Shown in pieces: positions 11,560-25,030 of a stretch of DNA of 64,000 nt. Made by a program: the position numbers and the translations under genes. Position 1 is the stretch's first letter. Each line of letters opens with the position of its first letter. The DNA is from Octopus sinensis. Taxonomy: Eukaryota. The DNA lies in assembly GCF_006345805.1 (NCBI RefSeq), contig NC_043005.1, positions 93,062,001 to 93,126,000 of the forward strand, read 5' to 3'. The notes under the pieces were generated by a model that worked only from the letters and a program-made list of their open reading frames with translations, was not told where the DNA came from and made no database searches.

Positions 11560-12864
11560 GATAACAAACGTTATTTATTTTTGAAAGGATCCATATATGT
11601 AGATTATATATTTTATATATAATAAACATTGATAGCTGTGTAACCGTTAGCAGCACATTAAGTTAGCAGCAGCAGGAGCCAACACACAGTTACACCCGGC
11701 TTCTTCCCCTACACCCCCTGCATTTTAAGTCAGTTGACTTGTTAAACTTCTAGTTATATGCTAATTATCCCTGGTAGCACATGTTCTTCAACCCTGACTT
11801 ATTAGAAACAGTTAGGCATCTGAGTGAAACCAGCCTCTTAGAGGTGTGTTCCTCTGCGTCCCACGCACAATAAAAAAAAAACTCAGTGACCTAAGACCAC
11901 AACACTCATTGTTGTGCTGCATCAGTTCAAGTATATAAAAAAAAGCTTTTCAATGCCCCCCCCCCACTATGGACTGTACAGCATTTACTCACCACAACAA
12001 CTCTTACAAAACAACCATCCAAACCACAGTAGACATCTTCAAGCATCACACAGCCCTAAAATTCTCCGCACTTCCCAAACTGCAGCTAATCCTTTTGGTT
12101 TCTTGCCAGAACAATCCCTGGCAATTTTATGGAATCCTCTACTCCTTCATTTCTCAGTCACCTTTTACCCTCTGTCCATCCACATTCTTCAGAAGGACTT
12201 GGCACCACAGAGTTCGCATGCAGGTAGCACTTCCAGATAGCTGGCTTATTGAACAGGTATGAAGAGACAGTCTTTAAATAGTGTCAGCAAATAGGATTCA
12301 GCCTCTTCTATTTTGATGCCAAAGAATTAGTAGTGCCTTTCATTCATCTCAACAGTGCTGCTCTTAGAAGTCTACAATTGTCTGGTGAACTAACCAATTT
12401 TTTCTGACAGGTCATTACTCACTTCCTCTGTGACTGCTCTGGTCAAGTAACATGAAGTCTCTTTTTTCTCACCATCCTCAGTGCACTCCACTTGCCTTGA
12501 CTGATGAATACTCTGAGAGGCTTACCACCTGACAAGGTGTGTAAGCCAGGCAACTTGCTGCCAGTTTGCTGATGTCTACAAATTGTGTATAGTTTTGTGT
12601 CCTACATTTTTGCTTGATAGAAGAGGTAGCGTCCTGGAAGCTATGACATGGGTTGATGTGTTTGCCATCTTGAGTAATACTGGTATTTGGTCCAAAGATG
12701 ATTTTTTGCACTCTCTGCCTCTCTTGTAAATCCTCATTATCATTGTTATTTAGAGTTCAGTTGTGACGACTGGCAATGTAGCTCGGCTAACTTTGCTTCA
12801 TCGTTAATACTTAGCTTTTACTCTTGTTTTGCCTTTCATATTTCATCAGATTGATTTATATATG

Positions 12865-13068
12865 AAACCTTTCGATACCAATCTGTCTGAGATCCCCCCC
12901 TCATCCCTCCGTTCTATAATTCCAACTCCCTGTTTTAAAACTTTCCATCAAAATTTTAGGTTTCAACCACTCGCTTAATAATGAGTTATTTTACTAAATT
13001 CTTTATTTAAAAAATTAATCGAAATGAAGGCAGTATTTTTCAGCAGAAATATTGTAACAAATGGGTTC
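12865..13068 (-). mobile_element. MITE family M1
   Basis: Collinear with 46034-46256; ends degenerate. Confidence 0.65.
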
Positions 13069-13566
13069 ACACCTTGTGCTCAAGCCTACCAAATGAATGT
13101 TTGTCAGTGTGTGAAGATGTCATCATCATCATCATACTTTTGACTTATCCTCTTTCTTGCAAACACTTTTCCAATGCCCCTCCTCCCCCCGATAAAAATT
13201 TAAAGTAAAAAAAGAGGTGTTGGTAACCAACTTTGCATCATGGAAAAGAAACTTTAAATTTATAACTTTCAGAACTACTTCCTTCATTTAGAATCTTAGA
13301 ATGAGATAACGGCAGATGTGTAGAGTTATATGGGTGAGAGAGAGAGAGAGAGGCTGACATGAGGAGAGGAAGGAGTAGATTTCAGCAATGTCAGTGTTGA
13401 GAGTTGCACAGTTGTTAATGGAATGCTGTTGGTGCCATTAAAATGCAGTTGACTCTTTATAAGTGAGGATAAGGTGTAGATCTTGTTATAAAGAGAGATT
13501 GTTTATAGATATATGAGGGATAGTTTTTACAGTGATTATAAAAAATTTGAAATAGGACAGACAACT

Positions 13567-13785
13567 AAGGTGGTGGAGCTGGCAGAAACGTTAGCATGCT
13601 GGGTGAAATGCTTAACGGTATGTCATCTGTCTTTTCGTTCTGAGTTCAAATTCCACTGCGGTTGACTTTGCATTTCATCCTTTCAGGGTCAGTAAATTAA
13701 GTTCCAGTTGTGTACTGGGGTCAATCTAATCAACTGGACCCCTCCCCAGAAAATTTTGGGCCTTGTACCTTGAGTAGAAAAGAAA
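13567..13785 (+). mobile_element. tRNA-derived SINE, family A
   Basis: A-box-like TGGCAGAAACG and B-box GAGTTCAAATTC; tail GGGCCTTGT...AGTAGAAAAGAAAT. Confidence 0.8.
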
Positions 13786-13870
13786 TAGGACAGACAGCTA
13801 GGTTGCTGAAAAAGTTCTTCCCAGCCTTAGTCAAAGCATAATGAAGGAGTAGTTTGTATATTGTGGCTAT

Positions 13871-14087
13871 TTAAGCCATTTGTTATCCTGTTCCTTTTGA
13901 AATACAATTTGTTTCAATTAATTTTTAAAATTAATGAAGAATTTAGTAAAAAAAAAATGTCATTATTAAGTTGGTGTTCAAACATAAATTAGTCTGAAAT
14001 TTTGATGGAAAATTTCAATTTAATTCACTTCAAAACAAGAAATCCATGAGAGACAATTTCAAGTAGGTTGGTATTAAAAGGGTCGAT
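13871..14087 (+). mobile_element. MITE family M1
   Basis: Shares the GAAGAATTTAGTAAA...ATTAAG...GGTGTT...AACATAAATT core; AAAAGGGT end. Confidence 0.65.
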
Positions 14088-15248
14088 AGTTGAGATGTTG
14101 GAGAATTATTTTTGTAAAGATCTCATTCTGTTGATACAGTTTGTTATTCTCTTTCATATAACATTTGAAAAAGTTTATCTTCTGTGTTATTTGAGATTTA
14201 AACAAACTGAATATTTTGTGTCTTTTTGGCTAAAAGAAGAGTTTTTTCAAAAATTGGCCAAATATTATCTGTAATTCTTTGAAAGCAAGTGTCAGTGATA
14301 GGAAGTAGAAAAATGTTCTGTTTTTGTTAAGTTGAAAACCATCTTTAGAAAAAAAAATAAAGCAGAAGTGGAAAATTAGTTGTGAGGTGGTGGTGGGGGG
14401 GGGGGAGGGTTGCTTTGCCATGCTTATAGTTGGTTGGTTGATTAGAGAAAGTTTGGTATTAGCTATTGATTTCTCTTTTTGCATTGAGGCAATCTTATCT
14501 TTCTCTCATCCACTCTGTCTTTTGGTCTTAAACCCCTTAACATTAGTATATCTGGTTTAGTGGATCTCTCTCTCTTTTTCTTTCTCCCTATCTCTCCCCC
14601 TCCTCTGGCAGCACTATGATAAAATATAACACTAAAAATAGACTCTGGACTATTTACCAAGAGTGATTTTAGAGTCTGAGATGCAAGAAAGGCCCTGACT
14701 GATAAATTAGAACACTTCCTTCCATTTCCAAATATAGCAGGGAAATAATATTTTTGTTTTGAGTAAAAAGAAAAAGAAAAGAAAACAGACAAGCAGCTTT
14801 ATAAAATCTAATGATCGGTTGCTTCCATATTTGTAACTTGTTTTACATTTCATAATAGAAGTTTCTATGTTTTTTTTATTTAATGTAAGCTTTCAAGTTT
14901 CATATTAACTATTTCACTTTTTCTATTAAGGCTGCCTCATACTGTATATCTATTCTATATACATCCGCTGTGATATTCAAAAGTGCTACGAGAATGTAGA
15001 AATATTTGTATTTATCAACTGTTCTAATTTGCCTTGGTGCATCCGGTAATGTTTATTTATTGACCCAGAGTATAAACTAACTATAAAACTCATTCTAAAC
15101 AATGGCTTTTGCTGTCATAACACTTGATCTATTTATTCATCAGGATTTAAGTGTAATCTTTTAATCTCTCTGTTCTCTTTACAAGTTATTTTGTTGTTGC
15201 TTTCGCCTCTAAGTCTTTCATGTTTGCACACCAAAGTATTTGCAATTA

Positions 15249-15296
<48 letters not shown>

Positions 15297-15431
15297 TACA
15301 TGTGTGTGTGTGCATGCACACAACTCTAATAATTAACTGGTTTAAACAACAAAGCTGAGTGAGATGTGTTGGGTTGCCATAATTTAGGACTGAGATTTTA
15401 TAAATGTGTATGTGTAGACTAGGGCATCCCT

Positions 15432-15835
15432 GTGTGGTTAAGGTGTTTTGGGTTCAATTCCATTGTGTGACAACTTGGACAAGTGTTTTTGACTGTAGCC
15501 CAGGCCAAAAAATGCCTTGAGAAAGAATTTGGTAGTTGGAAACTGTAAGAAGCCTGTTGCGTTTGTGTGTGTGTGTGTGTGTGTGCGTGCATCTCTGTTG
15601 GTCTTGACATCACAACACGAATTGTAAATGAGCATCGTCTTCATACAAGTGATATCATTTGTTTGCAATCTTCCATGAAAACATATCTGGCCATTGTCCT
15701 GTTCATGTTGACAGGATTAATAGAAATATTACATTGCTTAGAAGCAGGCAAGAGTTGATGAAAGGAAAAGCATCCAGTCTCAGAAAATGTATCTCAATGA
15801 AGTTCATCTGTCTTTGCAAGCATGGACATAAGATG
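15432..15835 (+). mobile_element. tRNA-derived SINE, family B (internal (GT)n, RTE-like tail)
   Basis: GTGTGGTTAAG...GGGTTCAATTCC head, CTTGGACAAGTG core, (GT)n, then GGAAAAGCATCCAG tail. Confidence 0.75.
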
Positions 15836-15841
15836 GCATTA

Positions 15842-15874
<33 letters not shown>

Positions 15875-15875
15875 G

Positions 15876-16055
15876 GTGGCACGTAAAAAGCACCCACTAC
15901 ACTCACAGAGTGGTTGGCGTTAGGAAGGGCATCCAGCCGTAGAAACACTGCCAGTTTTGACTGGGCCTGATGAAGCCTTCTGGCTTCACAGGCCCCAGTA
16001 GAACCGTCCAACCCATGCTAGCATGGAAAATGGACACTAAACGATGATGATGATG
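15876..16055 (+). mobile_element. RTE LINE 3' tail fragment
   Basis: GGCACGTAAAAAGCACCCACTACACTC...CCCATGCTAGCATGGAAAATGGACACTAAACGATGATG. Confidence 0.8.
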
Positions 16056-16056
16056 A

Positions 16057-16086
<30 letters not shown>

Positions 16087-16087
<1 letters not shown>

Positions 16088-16550
16088 TGATGAAAACTCA
16101 CAGCTTATTTTGCTGGGTCTAATGGAAAGTGTCAGCTGTCCACAGCCAGCAGACTAAGGTGACACTTGTTTATTGATCATACTTCAAGAACCCTGCAGAG
16201 AACTCTTGCAATTCCAAGCAATGCTGTGATGTTCTGCCTTTACGTTTCAGCCATGTTGGTAGTTGAGTGCTGATGCTTCCAAATGCACCAATCCCTATTG
16301 GTATCACTTCCACCCATTCATTGCCCCCACAACCTGTGTAGTTTCCGCTTCATCATTATTATTTACTTTTTCTTCCTCTTTGTCTTCGAGTTCGTTGGCA
16401 CCAGGACATGCTATGTTGATTATCATGCAGGGTTTTTCTTTTTCTGTTCGTCACAGCAATGTCAGGTTTCCAATATCTAATCTGAAGAATCATTGCATCC
16501 CACAGGATTTTGCAATCTTCATTCTGGCTATTTGGTCATACATTATCCTT
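16087..16550 (-). mobile_element. 5'-truncated R4/Dong-clade non-LTR retrotransposon (restriction-like endonuclease C-terminus)
   Basis: Minus-strand translation NEDCKILWDAM...KPDIAV...CMIINIACPG...EDKEEEK (PD-(D/E)xK-type RLE). The 3' end TTTTCATCAA runs into (TAA)n. Confidence 0.8.
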
Positions 16551-16558
16551 ATTAATTA

Positions 16559-16790
16559 AGGTGGGCAGCTGGTAGAATCGTTAGTGCACTGGAAATGCTT
16601 AGTGGTATTTTACCTGTCGCTACATTCTGAGTTCAAATTCAGCTGAGGTCAACTTTGCCTTTTATCCTTTTGGGGGTCGATAAATTAAGTACCAGTGAAG
16701 CACTGGGGTGAATGTAATTAACACATCCCCTCCCACAAAATGGCTGCCCTTGTGGCAAAATTTGAAACCATTGTTATTATTATTTTATCA
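16559..16790 (+). mobile_element. tRNA-derived SINE, family A
   Basis: Same head and B-box; tail GCCCTTGTGGCAAAATTTGAAACC(ATT)n. Confidence 0.8.
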
Positions 16791-17569
16791 TTTATAAACT
16801 TTGCTTTTAATTATAACTTTATTTTTGGAGTTGTTTTTCATGAACAGAAAATCTGAGTTGATAATCCTCTCCTTTCTTGAGATGGATTAGAATAAGCTGA
16901 ACTAGTTTCTGCTTTTTGTTTTCAGTTAATTAGAAAATATATGAAATGCAAATGGTTAGTAGGAAAGCTATGGGTTTGCCTGTCTTTTCAAAGCTTGTTA
17001 ATTATACTCCCGAAATTAATTATTCCCATTTTCTTTGCTTGGTTCCAATTTAGCACTTTCTTTATTAGATGTATTTAGTGTATAAGATTCTCTTTCTTTG
17101 AAAAATAGTGAATCATTTCTTTTCTTTACTTCATATTCCTACCACAGTATTTATGTTAACAATAGCATTATTGTCTGTTGTTCATAGGTTGAAGATTGTA
17201 ATACTCTTGTGTGTTTACCAATTGGAGAAAATACTAAAAATTTAAAAAATACTAGGGTTTATTCATACAAAATAGCATCTTCTTAACAAAAATACTGTTG
17301 TTCCAAGTGTTGGAGTTCTAATAGAAACTCTTGAATGCCAAAGACTGAATATTAACAAAAGATTCTATCAGCTGATTTATGTACATTTGAAAACTACTTA
17401 GTTAATATATGGCATGCTAGCACAATGCTTAGATTTTCCAATCCTAATTCTTATGTTGTTGTCATATTTTCTAAATTTCTGCTTCTATGAGGGGAGATGG
17501 CAATTATAATCAAGATCAATAGAAATTCGAACCTTGTTATTTTGTGTGTGTGTGTGTCAAAGAATTGAA

Positions 17570-17790
17570 GGATCAAAGGTCCTTCCCAAGCCTGAGGCTC
17601 ATAAGGCTGGTTTCTCAGCTTCTCTGCTGTATATATTCTTCCATGGACCAAATGCCGGTCCATGGTAGGATTATTTTTTGCTGGCTGAGTGAAGTGGAGC
17701 AACATGAAATAAAGTGTCTTGCCCAAGAGCACAGTGCTTCACCTGCTCTAGGAATTGAAGCCATAATTTCATGACAATGAGTGCAACACC
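17570..17790 (-). mobile_element. tRNA-derived SINE, family E
   Basis: CTTGGGCAAGACACTTTATTTCATGTTGCTCC core on the minus strand; similar to 43400-43645 and 26895-27030. Confidence 0.6.
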
Positions 17791-19059
17791 CTCAACACTA
17801 GCCATACACTTTCATGTGTGTGTGTGTGGATAGCTTTGTTTTGACATGATGATTGTAAACAAGTATCAGTGTCATACAAATGATGTTGTTTGTTTTTAGT
17901 CTTTCATGTAAAACCTGCCTGGGCTTGAGAGAATATTTTCTAGCTTGGAACCATGTAAGAGTCAGTGACTGGAAGGGCATCTACCTGTAGAAACTTTGCC
18001 TTTTAAAATTCCCTCTGACTCAGGCAAGCATGCAAAAGTAGATGTTAAATGATTATGATGATGATAGTCATCATCAAATTTTGTTTTTTCTTCCCCCTTT
18101 CTCACCCCAAATTTTATTAGCTTTTTTATACTTCATGTATTATTGTGACACCCACTTATGTAATGCTCTTTAACTGTGTCCCTTTCTACTTGTTGGTCAT
18201 CATGTTCTTTCAAAATGGTCAGAGCACATTTATTTTTCATATAACGCTATTTGTAAAATGTGGTGAAAGGTTTGATAGCTTTGCTATATTCAGAATGCTT
18301 GTACTGTGTATGACATAGAGAGGATAAGATATTGTGAAGTACAGAGCCTAAATGTCAGTCGTTTGCACACTGCCACCAGCATTAAGTTGTACCACTAAAT
18401 AACACTCATTATTCTACTTGTCTTAGAGTCTAAGGCTTAGACAACATGAAAAATAAGTAGCACTTAATAGTTACCAGGTTAACATTAAAAAAGAAATCAA
18501 AGCTGGGAAAAAATGAATGCTTCAACAATCTTAGCAAGCAACACAATTACCCAGCTTTTCTTCATACAGAGAAAGTAATGTGTTTTAAAGGAATAATATT
18601 TCTTTATTTTGTTTTCAAAGACCCACTCTCCAGCATTTCACTGATGGAAACATTTGCAGTGTTTGTAGCTAACAACAACTTGTATTTTTGGTAAAACTGT
18701 CTTTGCTAAATATTAATTAAAATGTTTGCACCAATTTTTATTATTCTTTAATTATCTTCTTTGGAGTATTATACTTCCTATTCATATCACTTGTTCTGTA
18801 ATATATATTTTGGGTCAGTGCTTATATTCTAAGCACACTTAGTTACTTATTCACTCATTTATATTTCCATTACTGTGTGTTTCTGGTTATATTTTTCAAT
18901 TTCTCACCAATAAAGAGCTGGCTTCTAACAAACTTCTTGTATTAGAATTTGGACCACATCAACTTTGTAGTCTTGTGGCACTCCTAGGTTCCATTGCATG
19001 TATGTTTGGACTTATGCATGTGTTCATATAGACATGTTTGCATGTCTTCGCTTGCATCA

Positions 19060-19205
19060 TTATCATTGTCGTTTAACATCTGCTTTCCATGCTGGCATGG
19101 GTTTGACTGAAGACTGGCGAGCCAGAAGGCTGCACCAGGCTCCAATCTGATCTGGCAAAGTTTCTACAGTTGGATGCCCTTCCTAACGCCAACTACTCTG
19201 AGAAT
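19060..19205 (-). mobile_element. RTE LINE 3' tail fragment
   Basis: CGTTTAACATCTGCTTTCCATGCTGGCATGGG...GGATGCCCTTCCTAACGCCAAC. Confidence 0.75.
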
Positions 19206-19207
19206 GC

Positions 19208-19254
<47 letters not shown>

Positions 19255-20119
19255 TGCTGAACTTTTGAAATGTTTTACATATTTTAACAGTTCCGTTAAT
19301 GGTTTCTAACTATAATTTCCTAATTAATTATGTTCTTTTTGCTTTTGTGAAACCTAGTTTCTCAAGATTGGTGCTGAAGCATCCAAGCCCACCAACAATT
19401 ACAAGTATAAATCTAATGCTGTAGTCCAAGCAGAGACTATGTAGATTCCCCATTAGTTTGATATGGATACTTTAATTCTCACTAACCTCTGACATAATAT
19501 TAACACGTGAGGGTCAGCTGAGCGGTGGATATTTGGTAAAAATTCTTTCATTCTAAATTGCTCAAATAGATGTACACGTTTAAAATAGAAAGAAAGCCTG
19601 AACAAACAAAAGAAATTAAGTCAAAGACTTGATCCAAAGTCATTTTATAACAATTTGAGTTTTTGTGTTTTGAGTTTTACACTTTTTCAGGAAAAGAAAA
19701 ATTTTGAAAGTGAATTTCAGCAGAACCCCAAAGTCTGTCTGTTTTACTCCTAAATCTAAAAATAACATAATAAGCCTGTTACACCTCCTTGCTAAGAGTC
19801 TGAAGTGATGAAACTTCAATGAAGATAGCCTCTTAACGATAGGTTATTCTTGTAATTACAGCCAAATGAGTATGCAAAAATGAGAGGAAAACTCCATAAG
19901 TTTTGCCTGTTTTTTCAATGATTTCTCAGTGTGTGTATATGGATTCAACCCCCAAAATCTCATTCTGCCCTTCATGCATCATATACAAACCATATATGTT
20001 ACTTATATATACACAGCACATAGCTTCCTGCAGATTTCCATCACTTTCTTGCCTTTTTTAAAATAAATAAAAAAAAGCATGAGGTGTCAATAATGTGTGT
20101 TTTGGTTCTCCATTTTCAG

Positions 20120-20200
20120 GATGATCCTAATCACACAAAACACATTCCATCTTGTTGCAAGTTCAGATTCAACTATGTTGAAGGGCCAAATATCTATCAA
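20120..20200 (+). CDS. Putative exon (DDPNHTKHIPSCCKFRFNYVEGPNIYQ); unknown protein
   Basis: Acceptor ttctccattttcag, open phase-0 frame with protein-like composition. The donor (AA|gtgcat) is weak; read-through stops at 20236. Confidence 0.25.
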
Positions 20201-20530
20201 GTGCATGTGCATTACAACACAGCTGGAATTGGCTAGTTAAGAGAGTGCTTGCAGTGTAGTGCCAACAAAAGCCAAATGGACTCACTGGCCATCACAATAT
20301 TTGTATTCTATTGTGTTGATTTGACTTGAAAGCTACATTAAGGGTACACATATCTGTGGAATACTCAGCCACTTAAATGTCAATGTGTAAGTAGGTGGTT
20401 TATTTCATTGAACAATTGAATGCTCACCATGGCGTATCCACTGTGTGTGTGTGTGTATTAAATACGTACTTACACAGATTTGTATTTACTCAGATATGGC
20501 GAAGAATGGAGAAGCACGTACATACACACA

Positions 20531-20748
20531 TATGAAGGAGTGCTGAAAAGTTCCTGGCTTTCGGGGGTGAAAGGCCTGGTTGGAGGCCCAACCTTCTGAG
20601 TTCTTTTACAGGACTTAGAAAAAGTGAAGGGCCTTTGCGATAAGTATGTGAACCTGAGAGGAGAATATGTTGAATAAAATCTTAATTAACTGAGTCTCCT
20701 GCATTTTCTCTTAACAAAAAGCCAGGAACTTTTCACTATCCACCCGTA
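20531..20748 (+). mobile_element. Mariner-derived MITE
   Basis: TIRs TATGAAGGAGTGCTGAAAAGTTCCTGGCTTT and AAAGCCAGGAACTTTTCACTATCCACCCGTA. The interior keeps the transposase C-terminus (...VNLRGEYVE*). Confidence 0.8.
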
Positions 20749-21178
20749 TCCATGTTCTCACACACAATATGGGTATAATTTTATCTTTGCTATTTTATCC
20801 ACATTTCTTTTCCTTATGAATTGTATGTTGTTGTTGTTGTAAGAACCCACACTAAACATCTCTTCTGATATTCATAGGGTTTCTGCATACATATTATTAT
20901 TTCCAAGCTTTCACTTCATCTTATAAATAGGTTCACATACTGATCAACGGTTTACATTTCTCGTTAGGTTTTGTATAAATAATTGTGAGACTATTTTTAA
21001 GTCGCAAAAAGAGCTCACTTCCTACAAAAATAGAAAATAAGCCCCTTCCCCCGAAACAACTAAGAGATAAATAAATAAAGTTGCTAGTATCTATGTGAAT
21101 GGAGAATATAAATGAAAGCCAAAACTGAAAAAGAAATCTCCTCCGCCCTTTATTTTATCCCATTCTTTGAAAGTCCAG

Positions 21179-21214
21179 GTCTTGTGGGAAAATGATTCTA
21201 TGAAGCTACAACAA
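21179..21214 (+). CDS. Putative 36-nt exon (VLWENDSMKLQQ)
   Basis: Pyrimidine-rich acceptor ending gtccag, weak donor gtattt, symmetric phase 0. Confidence 0.2.
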
Positions 21215-21769
21215 GTATTTGTTCTCTGTTGCTTCAATGTTGTACATGGCTTGTTGTCAGGATATTATTACTTGTCCAAATATTGTTCTAATGAAACTTA
21301 TTCTTAAAACATACACATACATGCACACATCTGTGAATACACAGTTTTGTTGTTTTTTAGACAGCTTTAGAGTCAAACGAGCAAGTAAAATATTGCTTAT
21401 TTATTTGTAGAGAAATAAGAACTGAATTCCAGTCATGACAATTGACACATGTGGTAGACTTCTGACACATGTAATCATAAGTTAGTCTTTCATTCCTGAG
21501 AGAGATTTTGTTTTTTTCAATCTCATGCAGGAATCTTGAATTTTGGACATTAAAGTGTCATTTAATAAATATCATGCTATAAATTTTGTAATTTGAACTA
21601 AACTTAACTGAGTCCCACAAACATTGACCACTGATTGCTATAAAAGCAATAAGGCTGGACATGTTTCTTGAGTATTCTAAAAAAAGAATTTGAGCCAAAT
21701 TTTTGGAGATTGATCTTTGGATTAAACAATGGAACACAAAACTCTACTTGTGAAGACCTGTTGAGGCAA

Positions 21770-22190
21770 GTGAAAATCAAAATCAAAATCAAAATCGATT
21801 AACATCAATGGAAATTGCAGCTGTGATACCAGTGCCGGTGATACGTAAGAAAATCATCTGAACGTGGCCGTTGCCAGCGCTGCCCCGACTGGCCTCGTGC
21901 CGGTGGCATGTAAAAAGCACCGTCCGATCATGGCTGTTGCCAGCCTCGCCTGGCCCTTGTGTCGGTGGCACGTAAAAAGCACCATTCGATCGTGGCCGTT
22001 TGCCAGCCTCGTTTGGCACGTAAAAGCACCCACTACACTCACGGAGTGATTGGTGTTAGGAAGGGCATCCAGCCGTAGAAACATTGCCAGATCAGACTGG
22101 AACTGGTGCAGCCTTCTGGCTTCCCAGACCCCAGTTGAACCGTCCAACCCATGCTAGCATGGAAAGCGAACGTTAAACGATAATGATGCT
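21770..22190 (+). mobile_element. CpG-rich RTE-tailed element with internal tandem repeats and (AAAATC)n at its left end
   Basis: Three GGCA(C/T)GTAAAA(A)GCACC units, RTE tail, GTTAAACGATAATGATG end. Confidence 0.75.
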
Positions 22191-22552
22191 TACAAGTGAA
22201 TACCTTAGACACGTTTTATTCCTTGCTTTCATTTCCTTTATGTTTGTATCCATATTTTGTTTTTGCATATGGACATTAAGTTTCGAAAAATAAGTCGTTC
22301 ATTATTCTTTTTTTTTAAACATTCATATTATCATTATTATTATTATTAAAATCAAAATTATCAATGTCCCCATTGCGACTTCATAGCAAAATCCCAATTT
22401 GGACTCAAATTACATTCACATGCCTATCACAAATAGATGCAGCTCCTTAGTATTTTTTCTTTTCTATTACTCTTTTAAGTCCTCTCTCCTTCAAACACTC
22501 ATATGTCAGAACCGATGGAAGCAACCATTATCATCATCATCATCATCATTAC

Positions 22553-22995
22553 TGTGGCAAGCTGGCAGAATGCTTTGTGGCATTTCATCAGTCTTTGTGT
22601 TCTGAGTTGAAATTCTGCCAAGGTTGGTTTTACTTTCCATCCTTTTGGGGTCAAAGGTCAATAAAATAAAGTACCAATTGAGCACTGGGGTTGATGTAAT
22701 TGACTTTCATCATTCCCCCCAAATTGCTGGCCTTGTGCTAAAATTTGAAATCATCTTTATTATTGTTACTATTATTCAGGTGAGCTGGGAGAATCGTTTG
22801 CTGGTAAAATGCTTAGCGGCATTTCATCTGTTTTCACATCCTGAGTTCAGATGTCGCTGGGGTCAACTTTGCCTTTCCTCCTTTTGGGTCAATAAATTAA
22901 GTACCAGTGAAACACTGGGGTTGATATAATCAACTGGTCCTCTCCCCCAAATTTCGGGCCTTGTGCCTTTAATAGAAAAGATTATTATTATTATT
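22553..22995 (+). mobile_element. Two head-to-tail family A SINEs
   Basis: Heads at ~22553 and ~22779, separated by the first copy's (ATT)n tail. Confidence 0.8.
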
Positions 22996-24719
22996 AATTT
23001 TTCTCATTGTAAGATTTCTATTTCTGACCTTCCCCTTCATTGTTTCAAAGGCTACAGATGCTGCTGTTCCCAGTTATGATTCAAATGAAATAATAATTTA
23101 ATAATATAATTATGATCTGAAAAAAGAATACATTTTAGGTGAATATGCTTTTCTCACGAGAAAGATTTCATTTTAATTTGTTTTTCCAGTGATTTATAAT
23201 GGTTAAATGCTTTTTGTTTAGTTTTTAATAGTTGTGGAAGGAAAATAGCAGGAACAACATTGCTACTCTTCATAAAACTAGCAAACTCGAAACAGTTGAT
23301 ATAGGATTAAACCCTTTCAATACCAACATGCCTTGAAATTCCTCCCTTGCTGCTTCTATCGTATAAAATTTCTATTTTAAAGTGATATAAATTCAATCAT
23401 TTCATCAAAAGTTCATGTTAATTTCTTTCAGACACCATCTTTGATGATAAAGATATTTTTGAAATAAAGACATTGTATGTCTATAGAAATGTGATAAGAA
23501 GAGAGTTATGGCCTGTAGGGTGGAGGATGAGATCATGGGGAGAATTTCTGAGGGTGGCACTTTTGAGGATTAATGACAAGGTACAATTGGTTAGTATGGA
23601 AGATGGTGGAGTATGGATTAAGAACATGAAAAAAAGAAGCAAAGTGTAAACTTAAGTAGATATGGCACACAGTTTGCTAGTTCAGAGAAATTATTGTAAC
23701 TTTTTAACTGGAATTAAGAATTAGATGAATTTGAAATATTTCTGTTCTGCTTCTGCCCATCATCTCAGGAATCAATGTTATTCAGTTTGACTGACCCCTA
23801 CATTTTTTGCTTCTTCATGATTGAATATTTATTAATAACATGTGTAATTAGTTTAATATCAAAAAATAATCATCTAATTATATCTACTGTACTCATTTAT
23901 CACGTGTTTTGAAGACCCTTAATTCATTTAGTAACATTACTACAAGAAGTTTCTGGTCATCTGGTAGTAGTGGTCATGGATGAAACTCTTGGTCCTTAAG
24001 TCACTTTCTAATTATTAAAAATAAAGTGTGTGTGTGTACTTGGTGTTAGGAAGGGCAACCAGTTGTAAAAACTGCTTCTCAGTTACCTTCCCACTTCCTC
24101 GGAACCATTTCCATCTCTCGTTGTGTTATCTTCTCTTCCCTTCATCATTGACCCCAATCACCCTTCCATGCTTCATTGCATCTCTCCTTTACCAGACTCC
24201 TCACATTTTCCTCTACCATTCTTAACACACTCTCATATCAGCCATCACACCCAACTTGCTTTAGCCAACTGTTATGGGCCTCTGTATTTCCCTCTCGCCA
24301 CTGTTCATACACCTTGCCCATCATCCTTCTTCTATCCTTCTTCATGAGTCACATCTAGTTCTTCCACCCACTTTGCATATTGGTATTTCCCATCAATCAC
24401 ATCTCCACCCATCTTCATCACTTTTGTAGTCATTCCTTTACCAATCTCTAACCACTTGTCTTCCCCCCCACTCTCTTATGAAACTACTTCTCTCCTTTCT
24501 GATCCACTGCCTGAATCTTCTCTTACACTCACCTTGCATCTTGAGATGCTCTGGTTTTTCATCACCATCATCAAATTTCTTTCCAACTCTCCCCCCCCCC
24601 TTTATATAATGTGATGTAGTCATGTGTCTTCTCCTTGTGCTTGTCTATCAAACTTTAGCCGCTCAACACCTGCCAGAAAACTTTTCCTCGCTTTTTCTTT
24701 TCCTTGTTATTTTACAAGT

Positions 24720-25030
24720 TGCTTGGTGACTTTACCAGCACCCATGGCACAGAAAATCCAATCAGTACAATGAGTACTGTTGTTGGCCCCAGGAAGAGCA
24801 TCCAGCTGTAGGAATTATGCCAAAGCTGACATTGGTGCTTGATGCAGCTTTGCAGCTCACCGAGTTCGGTCAAACTGTCCAGTCCATTCCAGCATGGAAA
24901 ATGGATATTAAATGATGATTAGCTGTAGAAACCATGCCAAAATGGACAGTAGAGCCTGGCATGGCTGCTGGCCTTACCAGCTTCTGTCAAACCATCCAAC
25001 CCATGGGAAACAGACATTAAATGATGATGG
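24720..25030 (+). mobile_element. RTE LINE 3' tail fragments (two tandem tails)
   Basis: GCATCCAGCTGTAG...GCATGGAAAATGGATATTAAATGATGA, then a second tail ending CATTAAATGATGATG. Confidence 0.7.

Noticed and set aside
11900-12740. GC-elevated stretch with several ORFs, possibly an old retroelement
   Set aside because: I could not identify any RT, endonuclease, gag or integrase motif, so it is left unassigned.
13567-13660. tRNA genes
   Set aside because: All tRNA-like sequences are SINE heads with degenerate cloverleaves and are followed by SINE bodies.
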